A stretch of DNA of 64,000 bases from Mobula hypostoma (lineage: Eukaryota), in the NCBI RefSeq assembly GCF_963921235.1, contig NC_086108.1, positions 10,106,001 to 10,170,000 on the forward strand. Reading direction: 5' to 3'. Made by a program: the position numbers and the translations under genes. Below are positions 1-11,633 of this stretch, piece after piece. Below the pieces are notes generated by a model. It was not told where the DNA came from, searched no databases, and saw nothing but the letters and a program-made list of their open reading frames with translations. How positions within the stretch are numbered: position 1 is the stretch's first letter; every line of letters starts with the position of its first letter.

Positions 1-445
1 TGATGAAGAACAGGCCATGGCACAGTAGAAAAATTCAAAGTCTCTCGAATGTCCCACATCTCACGCAGACGGGAGAAGGAAGAAAACTCTCCCTGCTATG
101 CCCGGCCACAGTCCGACTCTGAGTCATCCGAAAACTTTGAGCCTCCGACCAGCCCTCCGACACCGAGTAGTGAGCACCATCTCTATCCGAACACTTCGAC
201 CTCAGCCTCGGTCGCTCAGCAGCAGGCAAAGCCGGGGATTTTGGGGCCTTCCCTCCGGAGATTCTCGATCGCACAGTAGCAACAGCAGCGAACCGGGCAT
301 TTCAGAAATTTCTCCAGATGTTCCTCTGTGCCTTCTCACGTCTGTCTCCATCAAATCAGAAATGTGCACGGCATCCTACTTACAAATACGATATCATTTC
401 ACTGGAGAGCTGTGCACACTGCGTCACGCCACCATCTTCTCCTCC
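1..445 (-). mobile_element. Non-autonomous retroelement, partial copy (same family as 41034-41713)
   Basis: Colinear with about 41230-41708, with internal indels. Ends in CCATCTTCTCCTCC, the reverse complement of the element 5' end. Runs off the window start. Confidence 0.8.
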
Positions 446-894
446 TACCCCTATCTGCAAAGAACAAGAATTTCAGGTTGTATATTTTTTACATTCTTTG
501 ATATTAAATGGAACCATTGAATGATTGAAATGTTACCAGAAAAAGTGTTATTAATAAAGTATTTACTACAATTGTACTCTTTGTTTTAGTTTGCTGCAAG
601 TAAGTAGTCGCTGTGCTTCACAGTGCCATCTTAAGCCGAAATTCCATGGAAAATCCCACCTTTCCCTGGCATCAACGCAGTTATCTGCTGTTGCAAAGCT
701 TTCAAGGCAAGGGTGTCCCCTGTGTGAGCAGGAGGCCAAGCTAATTTGTAGTGAAGTTTAAGCTTTGCACAAAGAGTGTATAATTCGTCACTCCAAAGTG
801 AAGTCTCTTTGAGAGATGCCTATCCGAAGAAGTTTAAATCTTCTCTATGATGAGCGTTCAGTGAAACACTGTCTCACTGCTTCTCCTCTGAGCC

Positions 895-1072
895 AACTAG
901 CCTCCATCCCCTCCCCACACCATTTTATTCTATCTTCCCCCTCTTCCTTTCCAGTCCTGAAGAAGGGTCTTGGCCCAAAACATTATTTCCTTAGGTACTG
1001 CCTGACTTGCTGAGTTCCTCCGGCATTGTGTGTGCGTGTTATTCTGGATTTCCAGCATCTGCAGAATCTCTC
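895..1072 (+). mobile_element. Penelope-like element 3'/pLTR fragment with a decayed hammerhead
   Basis: AGTCCTGAAGAAGGGTCTTGGCCCAAAAC followed by CTGCCTGACTTGCTGAGTTCCTC. Same layout as the other Penelope-like ends in this window. Confidence 0.7.
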
Positions 1073-1835
1073 ACACAGAGAAGTTAGTGTATCTCGGCCT
1101 GATCCATTGTTGTGGAAGATTTGGGATCTCCTCATCACAGGTGCCAGAGTTAAATAGCAGAGGGGCACGTGGCATGCCACACTCACTCAGAGTTGGCACT
1201 GTCGCAGCACTAACTGAGGAGTGATCGTGTCTATAACGATCACTTAGGACATTATTATCCTGACAGACACCCTGAGTCCATGACAGATAGTGAGGTTCGT
1301 GCCTGGTGACTCACCCATCACGAGTGCGAGGAGCAGATGGTGCAGACAGGATGTGAGAACAGAGAATTTTTTTCTGAGTCATGAGAACTGGGAGAGGTGG
1401 AGCTTGCACCTTCTCCCTGTGACCCACGTGGGCTTCCCACAGGTGTTCCACCCCCCACACATTCCAGAGACAAGTAGGTTTATCTGGGGGAGCTGATGGG
1501 AACATGGGGAGATTAACATAAGGTTAATGCAGGATTGGTGTAAATAATGGTCAGTTTGGATTTGATGGACCGAAGGGCCTGTTTTCTATTCTGTATCACA
1601 CTGAGAGGGATGATGAGGCCACGATGGACTGGCGGAGCAGACTCGATGGGATGAATGGCCTAAATGTGCTCCTCTGTCTTGTAGTCTTAAGGACCCAGCG
1701 AGAAACAGCAGAGGGCCTTTCAACTCCTTGTGCATGCTGTGGCATTCAGTGGGATCGTGTCTAACCATCTTCCTCTGCATTACCTTCCTGTACTAACCCC
1801 ATGTCTCAACGTTTCCTCAACTACCTCGAGGACTT

Positions 1836-2425
1836 TGAAAGGTCAGGGCAGAGTGGATGTGGAGAACATGTTTCCTATAGTGTGTGAGGCTTGGACCAGA
1901 CTTCCCCACTGTAGGAAACAACCATTTAGAACAGAGTTGAGGAGAAAGTTACTTAACCAGAGGCTGTGGAATCTGTGGGATCCATTGCCACAGACAGCTG
2001 TGAGTGTTTGATAGCTCTGGGCCGGTACTCACTGGAGTTTAGAAGAATGAGGGAGGACCTCATTGAAACTTCTCAAATATTGAAAGGCCTAGATAGAGTG
2101 GACATGGAGAGGATGTTTCCTATAGTGAGGGAGTCTAGGACCAAACAGCACACCCTCAGAATAGAGGAAAGTCCTTTTAGAACAGAGATGAGGAGGAATT
2201 TCTTTAGCCAGAGGGTGGTGAGTCTGTGGAATTCATTTGCCAGAGACAGCTGTGGAGGCCAACTTATTGGGTTTATTTAGAGTGGAAGCTGATAAGTTCT
2301 TGATTAGTAGGGTATCAAAGGCTACAAGGAGAAGGCAGGAGAATGGGGTTGAGAGGGATAATAAGTCAGCCATGATGGAATGGTGGATCAGACTGAACAA
2401 GGCAAATGGCCTAATTCTACTCCTA
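1836..2425 (+). mobile_element. Two adjacent old CR1-type LINE 3' fragments
   Basis: Translation YSLEFRRMREDLIETSQILKGLDRVD...FRTEMRRNFFSQRVVSLWN matches the ORF2 C-terminus of the CR1 at 35074-37555. Confidence 0.85.
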
Positions 2426-2431
2426 TGTGTT

Positions 2432-2893
2432 GTGTGGCAGGATGGAGATATGTCTCTATCAAAGGAGGAGTAAGGTGCTCCTTCCCTCCACGAGCCTGCA
2501 GGACACCCCTGGGCAAGGTGTGGCACCTGTTTAACCACCCCCTCCCCACCCGATCAAGGTCATGTGAAGCCATGGAGCAGGGGGTGGATGGTCGTACGAG
2601 CAGCCGGTGCATATCACAATTCCTGGTTATGTGACCACTGACGCCAGGCAGACAATCTCTGAAGAGAATTGATAATGGCTGGGGTCACCTGTCTTGTAAA
2701 GACACTGCTCAGAAGAAGGCAACGGCAAACCACTTCTTTAGAAAAATTTGCCAAGAACAATCATGGTCAAAAGACCATGATTGCCCAAGTCATACGACAT
2801 GGCACATAATGATAATAATGATGATGATAATAATGATGATGCTGATGTTGATGATGATGATAATGATAATGATAATGATGATGTGATGGTGAT
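2432..2893 (+). mobile_element. RTE-related SINE-like element with a (GAT/AAT)n tail
   Basis: Contains AGAAGGCAACGGCAAACCACTTC...TTGCCAAGAA, resembling the BovB/Sauria-SINE motif, and ends in a trinucleotide tail at 2808-2893. An inverted copy lies at about 8268-8650. Confidence 0.6.
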
Positions 2894-3049
2894 GTCTTAT
2901 AGTCTTATAGCCCCAAAGATTTACCCTGCTCTGGGTGAAGAAACTCCTCCGGCTATAGTGACTGACACTTGTATTAAGTTGTAGACAGTCTAGCGAGTGG
3001 ATGTTTCATTCTGTATCAACTCTGCATTTTGTAGCTTTCAGTGAGATCC

Positions 3050-3495
3050 TGTTTCATTCTTCTAATCCCCATTCCCATGCCAACATGTCGATCCATGGCC
3101 TCCTCTTGTGTCACGATGAGGCCACCCTCAGGGTGGAGGGGTAACACCTTCTGTTCCCTCTGGGTAGCCTCCAACCTGATGGCATGATTATTGATTTATC
3201 CTTCCGGTAAACAAAATCCACCTCCCTTCCCTTATTCCCCATTCTGACTGACCTTACACTTCTCACCTGCCTATTCCTTCCCCCTGGGTCCTTCCTCCTT
3301 CTCTTTCTCCAATGGCCACCTATCACCTTCCAGCTAGCCTCTTTCCTCTCCCCCCACCTTTTTATTCTGTTGTCTTCCCCCCTTCCTTCTCAGGCCTGAA
3401 GAAGGGTCCTGGCCCGAAACGTTGACTGTTTACGCTCTTTTCCACAGATGCTGCCTGATGTGCTGGGTTCCTCCTGCAATTTTGTGTGTGTTGCT
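3050..3495 (+). mobile_element. Penelope-like element 3' fragment (GIY-YIG end plus pLTR)
   Basis: CTGGGTAGCCTCCAACCTGATGGCATG encodes LGSLQPDGM, followed by a pyrimidine tract and a hammerhead motif. Confidence 0.8.
3392..3427 (+). ncRNA. Minimal type-I hammerhead ribozyme motif (one stem I mismatch)
   Basis: AGGC-CTGAAGA-A-GGGT(CCTG)GCCC-GAAA-CG-TT-GACT. The catalytic core is present and the cleavage triplet is GUU. Confidence 0.65.
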
Positions 3496-4242
3496 CAAGA
3501 GAGTATCATTCGTCTGGTCAATCTCTGCTCCGAGGACAAGCTTTTCATTCCCAGTGAAGGTACAGAATGTATTGTGACACTCGCGGGCTGCCCCCAGCAC
3601 ATCCTTTGGCTGTGTTGGTTGTTAACGCAAATGTCACATTTCACATGACAAACAATCTGAATCTGACTCTGAATATTTGTGGCATCTCCTTTATCCTTCC
3701 TGAGGAAGGGAGACCTGACTTCAGCACAATATTGCAGACCTGGTCTCACCAGCACCCCATATACAATACTAAGCAAATCTATATAGCTAGGGTACCTAAG
3801 ACTTTTGCACAGTACTGTATTTGTCAATGTAGAGCTAAGAGAGAGTTTGCAAATTTGGTGGCAGCAAAAGATGTAGGGAATGGCGAGGGTGGAGAGCTGC
3901 AGGAGGGGTGTGGGACAGGTGGCAGAGAAGGAGTGCCAGGGACAGAGGGTGGTGGGGGTGTAGACACACCCAGACCTGAGGCACCAGGCAGGGTAATTTG
4001 ATTCCAAACAATTACAGAATGTCTCTCTGGTGTTTCCCGCTCCCTCCCCACTTCCTTCCCCTTTTCCCCAACCATGGTTCCCCTCTCCCTGTCCCCTTCC
4101 CACTCTCAGTCCACAATAGAGACCCACATCAGAAACAGTTTTATCATCATTCACATATATCATTTTGTGCCAGCAGTACTGTACAATTCATAATGTTACT
4201 ACAGTACTTGAAGTGTATACATATACTGTGTGTGTACATATA

Positions 4243-4930
4243 TGTAACCCTCTCACTGGGCTTGTTAGCCGGCTCTGCTGACAGCCCTGTGAGAGGGCCA
4301 CCTTTATAAACAATATACACCCAGGGTCAGTATGATTCAACCAAACAGGAAAGTTGGGATGTTCCGATTAACAGAACCCCAATTTGAGTGAATGCTGTGT
4401 AAATATTGTCCATATTGGTCAGTAAGAAATAACAGATTGTACACGGCATAAAATAATAATGAAGGTATATTGACTAATTTCAGCTTTATCAAACAATAAT
4501 TAAGAGAAAGAAAAGAAAGACAAAAAAAAAGGGCCCATTACAGTTAAACCAGTCTAAATGTACACATGATGTTGGAACTCAGATCTTCCAACGGTTGGGT
4601 ATAACTGTTACTCATGGCACTGAACTCTCATCACCAATCACCATAGAGTTTCTCATCTTGGAGTCTTTGCAATCGCGTCTTCCTGTTAGATTGAATCCTA
4701 TGGCTGTCTCTCCCAAACCTCTCTCCTCCTCATCTCCTACCAAAAGGTTACAGACCCCACCAGAGTCTGTCACAAATCTCTCTCCGCCCAGCTCTCTCTA
4801 AAACCTTGTCTCAATTCCACCACCCTGATTGGCTGACACAACATTCCTAAGTTGAACATCATAGCCCCTTATCTTTAGCTGAAATCAAAAAATTCTACCA
4901 TCAGGACATACTGTTTTTACAGAAAGCTAC
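4243..4930. mobile_element. Possible solo LTR inserted in a TA/CA microsatellite of a Tc1/mariner-type MITE
   Basis: Starts TGTAAC and is flanked by TA/CA repeats. The host end CCTAAGACTTTTGCACAGTACTGTA occurs at about 4989-5013 and at about 3795-3819. No clear TSD. Confidence 0.35.
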
Positions 4931-5400
4931 TAATATACATACACACACACACACACACACACACACGTATACGTGTATAGCAAGGATGCCTAAGACTTTT
5001 GCACAGTACTGTAATTGCAACAAGATATCTGTATGCTTGTACTCAGTGTCTTTCAGTAAGGCTCTGAAGGTTCTGATTAACTTTACAGATACAGCTAGCT
5101 CCATCACGGGCAAACCCTCCCTGTCATTGAGGACATCTTCAAAAAGCAATAGCTCAGGAAGACAGCATCCGTCATTAGGGATTCTCAACATCCAGCACAT
5201 GCTATCTTCTCAAAAGTTCAAAGTAAAGTTGAAAGTCAATTTTATTATCAAAGTACATAGGTCACCATATACAACCCTGAGATTCATTTTCTTCCTTTTA
5301 TAGGAGAGATTCCCTTCTGACACGTTCTTCAGAATTAGAATCAGGTTTATTAACACTCTCATATGACGTGAAATTTGATGATTTGTGGCAGCAAAACTAA

Positions 5401-5900
5401 AGTTCAAAGTTCAAAATAAATTTTATTATCAAACTACATATACGTCACCATATACAATCCTGAGATTCATTTTCTTCTGGGCATAATCAATAAATATACA
5501 AAATAGTAACTATAACAAGATCAATGAAAGATCAACCAGAGTGCAGAAGACAGCAATCTGTGCAAATGCAAATATAAATAAATAGTAATAAATAACAAGA
5601 ACATGAGATAACAAGATAGAGTCCTTAAAATGAGTTCATTGATCGTGGGAACATCTCAATGGATGGGCAAGTGAGTATAGTTATCCCCTTTTGTTTGAGA
5701 ACCTGATAGTTGAGGGGAAGTATCTGTCTTTGAACCCGGTGGAGTGAGTCCTGAGGTTTCTCTAACTTCTTCCTGATGGCAGCTCCGAGAAGAGAGCATG
5801 GCCTGGGTGGTGGGGATCTCTGACGATGGATGCTGCTTTCCTACGACAGTGTTTCATGTGGATGTGCTCAATGGTTGGGAGGGCTTTACCAGTGATGTTG
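5401..5900 (-). mobile_element. Rex1/Babar-type LINE 3' fragment with 3' UTR
   Basis: Minus-strand HCRRKAASIVRDPHHPGHALFSELPSGR. A closely related copy lies at about 31150-31795. Confidence 0.7.
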
Positions 5901-5902
5901 TC

Positions 5903-6260
5903 TCTCTGACAATGGTGTCTGAAAAGAGGATGCTGTCCAAGTTGCATGCCATCTTGGACAATGTCTCCCATCCACTACATAATGTACTGGTTGGACACAG
6001 GATTACATTCAGCCAGAGACTCATTCCACCGAGCGTCATAGGAAGTCATTCCTGCCTGTGGCCATCAAACTTTACAACTCCTCCCTTGGAGGGTCAGACA
6101 CCCTGAGCCAATAGGCTGGTCCTGGACTTATTTCCTGGCACAATTTAAATATTACTATTTAACTATTTATGGTTTTATTACTATTTATTATTTATAGTGC
6201 AACTGTAACGAAAACCAATTTCCCCTGAGATTAATAGAGTATGACTATGACTATGACTAT
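5903..6260 (+). mobile_element. Young 5'-truncated Rex1/Babar LINE 3' end
   Basis: Highly similar to about 54450-54893 (VSEKRMLSKLHAIL...) and ends in a (TATGAC)n tail. Confidence 0.85.
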
Positions 6261-6779
6261 TTACTACCATCAGGGAGGAGGTACAGGAGTCTGAAGACAC
6301 ACTGTCAATGTTTTAGGAACAACTTCTTACCCCTCTGACATTAGATTTATGAATGGTCACAGTGTGGTGCTGACAGATGACTGAACCCGAGTACAAACTC
6401 CCATCTTGATACAGAAGAAGTATTTATTCATTGGAACTGCCCTGTGCTGAACTGAGGTTGAGGCCTTGTGCCTGTGAGGTTCACAACGTTTGCTCGCCCT
6501 GCGCTGAAATGAGGCTGAGGCTGTGTGCTGCCCTGAGCTTCGTGTCTGAGAGATCATTTTCTATCTAAATGCGATTTGCTTATTTTTATTGTTTGCACGT
6601 TGTCTTTTCATTACTCTCTGCACACCGGGTGTTTGATGGCTTTCCTTTTTTTATATGGGTTCTGCTGGGTTTCTTTGTTTTGTGGCAAATCTGAGGGTTG
6701 TATAAAGTATGAACTTCAGCGGCTTGACTGAGCAACAATCGCGGGATGAGTCATTCTCGAAATGCACACGCGGGACCCC

Positions 6780-6969
6780 GCGATGAGCACTGAGAGTCTG
6801 CTTTAAATAATCACAGTACATGGAAAACCCGCGCCGGTCAGAATTCACCTGACAAGATTAATCAGAAAGCACAAGGGCTTAATGACTCTGGTTAAGACAA
6901 CGACGAGTAAGTACTGGAGCACAGGAAACCCAGAAACGCAAGCCGTAGAGGCGCCCAGGGCTCATGATA
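6780..6969. mobile_element. Fragment of the LTR family seen at 18286-18735
   Basis: Shares AGATTAATCAGAAAG...GTTAAGACAAC and a GGGCTC(A/C)TGA(T/C)A end with the 18286-18735 copy. Confidence 0.55.
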
Positions 6970-7659
6970 TGCATGAGCAGTACCTCACTATTCCTCTCTT
7001 CTTGCACCATTTAAAAATATATGCTAACTTTATATCTTTGCATTATAATGATATTGCATAACAACAAATTTCACTTAATTTAATTTAGTGTTAATAAATC
7101 CGATTCCAATGCATGCATCTCAATTTCTTGCTGAAACACAGTCTTTTTTTTCCTCTGGTGATTAATGACTCCTCAGTCCACACCAGAGAATTATCTCTGA
7201 TCCTACATTTCCTTGTGTGTCACCTCACCAAACTCGAAACGCATCTCACCCACTGGTTCACTCTTATCTGCTCTGCAGGAAAATATCTCAAAAACAAAAT
7301 CTCAGATTTATCAAACCCTATTCCCCTTCCATTAATCAGGTTGTGCAGTCTGCTTTGCCTAGTTCTAATATTGTTTTCTGGTTGCCCAGCTAGCCCTTCT
7401 CCCTGAGTGTGTTGTGAAGACATTGAGTCTTAAAGCATTACAGCACAGGAACAGGCCCTTTGGCCCATCTTGGCTGTGCTGGTCTGGTCTAGTCTTTTGC
7501 CTAGTCCTATCTACCTGCACCGGACGACAGCCCTCCGTATTGCTGCGAACCACATCCCTATCCAAAAGCTGCAATCAATCCTGCATTCACCACTTCCGCT
7601 GGCAGTTCATTTCACTCTCTCACAACTCTGAGTGAAGAAGCTCCTCCTTAAATATTTCA

Positions 7660-8185
7660 CAGAACATAGAGCATAGACATAGATCAGTACAGCGCAATGC
7701 CCACAATGTTGTGCCAAACCAGCTAAAAAGAAAATCAAAAATCCCCCAAAACTAATCCCTCCTACCTACACAATGTTCATATCCCTCCATCTTTTTCATA
7801 TTCATATGCATATCTAAACACCTCTTAATAGCCTCTACTGTATCTGCCTCGACCACCACACCAGGCAGTGCATTCCAGGCATCCACCACTCTGAGGAAAA
7901 TGCTTACCCCTCACATCCCCTTTGAACCTACCCCCACCTCCCTCACCTTCAATGCATGCCCTCTGGTATTGGACATTTCAACCCTGGGAAACAGATACTC
8001 CCTATCTCCTCTATCTCTGCCTCTCATAATCTTATAAACCTCTATCAGATCTCCCCTCAGCCTCTGACGCTCCAGAGAAAACAACCCAAGTTTATCCAGC
8101 CTCTCATGATAGCACATGCCCTCTAAACCAGGCAGCAACCTGGTAAAGTTCTTCTGCACCCTCTCCAAAGCCTCAACATCCTTTC
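7660..8185 (-). mobile_element. CR1-type LINE 3' fragment
   Basis: Minus-strand RKDVEALERVQKNFTRLLPGLEG...RLRGDLIEVYKIMRG. Confidence 0.85.
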
Positions 8186-8267
8186 TTTGACATTTAGTTT
8201 TAGTCTCACCCAGCTGGAAGGGGGAGGGGCATTGTTGGAGGGAGCCTGCTTGCATTTATCCTATCTA

Positions 8268-8650
8268 TTATCATCACTATTATTTGTCATGTCCTTTGAT
8301 GTGGGCAATCGTGGTCTTTCCATGACCATGATTAACCTTGGCAAATTTTTCGACAGAAGTAGTTTGCCATTGCCTTCTTCTGGGCAGTGCTTTGCAAGAC
8401 GGGTGACCCCAGATATTATCAATACCCTTCAGAGATTGTCTGCCTGATATCAGTGGCCGGATAACCAAGACTTGTGATATGCACTGGCTGCTCATACGAC
8501 TGTCCACTATCTGGCTTCTCGTGATTCTGATTGGGGTGGGGAGGGGGTAAGGAGGTACTACACCTTGCCTAAGGGTGGCTTGCTGGCTAGCAGAGGGAAG
8601 GAGCGCCTTACACCTCCTTTGGTGGAGATGCATCTCCATCCTGCCTCCCA
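8268..8650 (-). mobile_element. RTE-related SINE-like element (copy of 2432-2893)
   Basis: Reverse-complement similarity over the whole length of the 2432 copy. Confidence 0.7.
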
Positions 8651-8876
8651 ATCCTATCCCTCCTCCATTTCCATTACATCGTTGGTGTTTAGGGTAGCAA
8701 GGAAGGTCCTCCATCTCTGTCTGTCTATACCATTGCACACAGATATTCTTCATTGCTGTTTTTGTAACAATTTTCTTTGTGACCTATTAGGATTGTTAGC
8801 CCTGAGCTGAACCCCCAAACCTGGAGGACCAATGGACCACTCTTAGACTGGCCTCTACCATTTGACCTGTTTGGCA

Positions 8877-9123
8877 TGAGTGGCCACTTTATTAGATGCA
8901 CCTAACGCAAATATCTAATCAGCTAATCCCATGGCAGCAGCTCAAAGCATAAGAGCATGCAGACATGATCAAGTGGTTCAGTTGTTGTTCAGACCAAACA
9001 TAGGGAAGAAACATGATCTAAGTGACTTTGACTGTGGAGTGATTGTTGGTGCCAGATGGGGTGGTTTGAGTATCTCAGAAACTGCTGATCTCCTGGGATT
9101 TTCATGCACAACAGTCTCTGGAG
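8877..9123 (+). mobile_element. Tc1-like DNA transposon, left TIR and transposase N-terminus
   Basis: Terminal inverted repeat (TIR) GAGTGGCCACTTTATTAG. Translation GKKHDLSDFDCGVIVGARWGGLSISETADLLGFSCTTVS is a Tc1 paired-like helix-turn-helix. Confidence 0.85.
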
Positions 9124-11260
9124 CAGGGTTTCCAACCATTTTGCCATGCAAGAACCCTTTAAATAATTTTCAGGTCCCAGGGAACCCCTGCATAAATAAA
9201 TATTATATCTACAGCTCATGGTATGTTAGTGTGATTAGTAAGTTGTAAATATAATAATATAAACATGCTCTTTTGAGTAGAGAATGAATTTTTAGCCAAA
9301 CTTTCTTGAAAAAATAGGTAGTTAAGCTTTGCATTCCTTCTTTAAATTAATCTCTTTCTTTCTCTTTTATAAGTTTAAAAACTCCTAGGGCAAACATAAT
9401 AAATTTCTGCTACATAACTGCCTTAAGCCAAAATAGGATTTAATTTTTTTAAAGGTAGGCTCTGTAGATTTAATTTAAATGAAGGTTGTAAATTGATTTT
9501 AATTAAAGCTATTCACAACATGAAAATTTATTGGCAATGTCGAATAATAAAGTTCCAAAAAACCATAAGTCAAAGCAATCTGAATAAAAATATAGCCTAA
9601 GGCACAAGACTTTGAAAAACCTTTTTTCTTACTAAGTGACATGATCAGGCTCAAATATAGGCATAACATGTATAGACCTGTGCTTTTTTTTGCTGCACAA
9701 ATACTCAATTCTGGGTCGAACTTGAGATAAGCACACATGGATTTCACCTTCAGCTGAAATGAGACGATTTCTATCCTTGCTCTTGATGCTTGTTAAACAA
9801 GGAAAAACTTGCTCACGCATGTAAAAAGCTGAAAACTGCACAAAATGTGCATTGCTTTCCTATGAATGGCAGTATACTCTTCTTTCACAGAAATCCAGAA
9901 CTTGTCTAGGGGCAGGTCAGTAAATCTCATCTTGAGTGCACGATCAGAGTGCAGGTAACAAAGTTCTTCCTCTTCTCTCAAAGTCAAGTTCTCAGGCAGC
10001 AGAAGATTCAGAGAGAGCTCCTCACCCAGCCATACACTTGTGTTGAAAGGGAAGAGAAGTACTGTTCAATTTTGTTCTGCAGTTCTTCCAGGCGGTCTTC
10101 AATAAGACTTGAGACTTTCTGATATCCTTTCTCACTCTCAAGCCCAAGCAGTAGTGGAAATATTTTAAGATTTCCTTTTGCAACATGATTTTTCCAAAGA
10201 TTCAATTTCCTTTTAAATCCAAGAATCTTCTCACTTGAAGTCAAAACATTTTCTCCAGAGCCTTACAGAGACTTGTTCAACTGGTTTATGTTATGGAAAC
10301 TGTCTGTTAAGTATGCTAGTTTCTGCAGCCATTCTTCCTCATAAAGCACCCAGCAAAATCTGGCCTACTATTTTTTGCAATTCACCTTCCAGCTCAAACA
10401 CCCTGTTGGGAACTCTTCCTCTGCTAAGCCTCCAGGTTTCTGTATGGAGCAGGAAGTCGGTGTGCTCTTTGTCCAGGTGTTCACACAGTTTTTTAAGCAT
10501 TATCCAGAACCTTTTTCATTTCACCTCCAAGACATTGACACCAACATCTCTCTGTGAGGAAAGCAGTGTACCGTAACGACGTCAGGACTTTCATTTTTCA
10601 CAAGAGAAATGAAATCTCTCACGGAGCCAACCATTGATGGGGCAACTTCAGCAAAGATGCCTACACAGTTCCACCAAGACAGACCTTTAGTTCCCAGGTA
10701 TGGAGACAAAACACTAAATATATCTTGGCCTTTGCTTGTTTCAGGCAGCTTTTTATAACAAAATATTTTCTTGAATTTCACCATCATTTACTAATCTTAC
10801 AAATATTACGACATGACATTCATTGGTGAAATCTGTTGACTCATCAACTTGGAGAGAGAAGCTGTTGCTTTTCAGTTTATCACACAAAACCTCCTCTGAA
10901 TCATGTGCCATGTCATCAATACGTCAAGTTATTGTACTGTTTGAGAGAGAGACCTTTTCAGTTTCTCGTACTGCATCTTGTCCTAGCATTTTACCCACTA
11001 TAATTTTACATGCTGGTATTAATAGGCTCTCATCGACCGTGTGACTTTTCCTTTTCTGGGTAATAAGTTCTGCTACTAAATAGCTTGCTTCCTGAGCCTT
11101 TTTACTTGGATCACCAGTCCATGTAAGGCCCATTGATAAGTAGTTTTCATTGTAAAGACGGACTTTTTTTCTGTCCATTGTTGCACTTGTTCGGTGAAAT
11201 GACTCAGAAGATTGCAATTCTTCATCATTAACCTTAACAGAGTTGTCTGTAGGCCTAGGC
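9124..11260 (-). pseudogene. Degenerate hAT (Charlie/Buster-type) transposon with fragmented transposase
   Basis: TIR CAGGGTTTCCAACC at 9124. Minus-strand motifs: AQEASYLVAELI...HTVDESLLIPAC...LSNST, FSLQVDESTD (first catalytic D), VHCFPHRE, LKMRFTDLPLDKFW, IKSKDRNRL. Multiple frameshifts. Confidence 0.9.
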
Positions 11261-11262
11261 CT

Positions 11263-11412
11263 AAAGACCATAAGACCATAAGGTATAGGAGCAGAAGTAG
11301 GCCATTCAGCCCTTCGAGTCTGCTCTGCCATTTAATCATGGGCTGATCCAATTCTTCCAGGTATCCTCACTCCCCTGCCTTCTCTCCATACCCTTTGATA
11401 CCCTGGCTAATC
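11263..11412 (-). mobile_element. CR1 3' UTR/tail inserted in the hAT 5' region
   Basis: (AAGACCAT)n tail followed by ATAGGAGCAGAAGTAGGCCATTCAGCCCTTCGAG, the same end type as the other CR1 copies. Confidence 0.8.
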
Positions 11413-11633
11413 CTCCTCTTCCATCTCACACCTTTTCTTCACAAATTGCCTCAATGGCAGGTGCCCTCCAATTTTCTACCACGCTGGTAGTTTGTTCACT
11501 CCCACAGGTCAGTCAGCGGCACGTAAGGGGAAGCTGGGAGAGGGGGAGGTAATTCAGGAGGGAGAGGCTGATGTCACAGCCCAAGTTGGGCAAGTCCATT
11601 CAGTGTTCGGAAAACACACTTCACAGTCCTCAT

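Noticed and set aside
1220..1244. 9-bp perfect hairpin AGTGATCGT/ACGATCACT
   Set aside because: Isolated and short. Plausible by chance in 64 kb.
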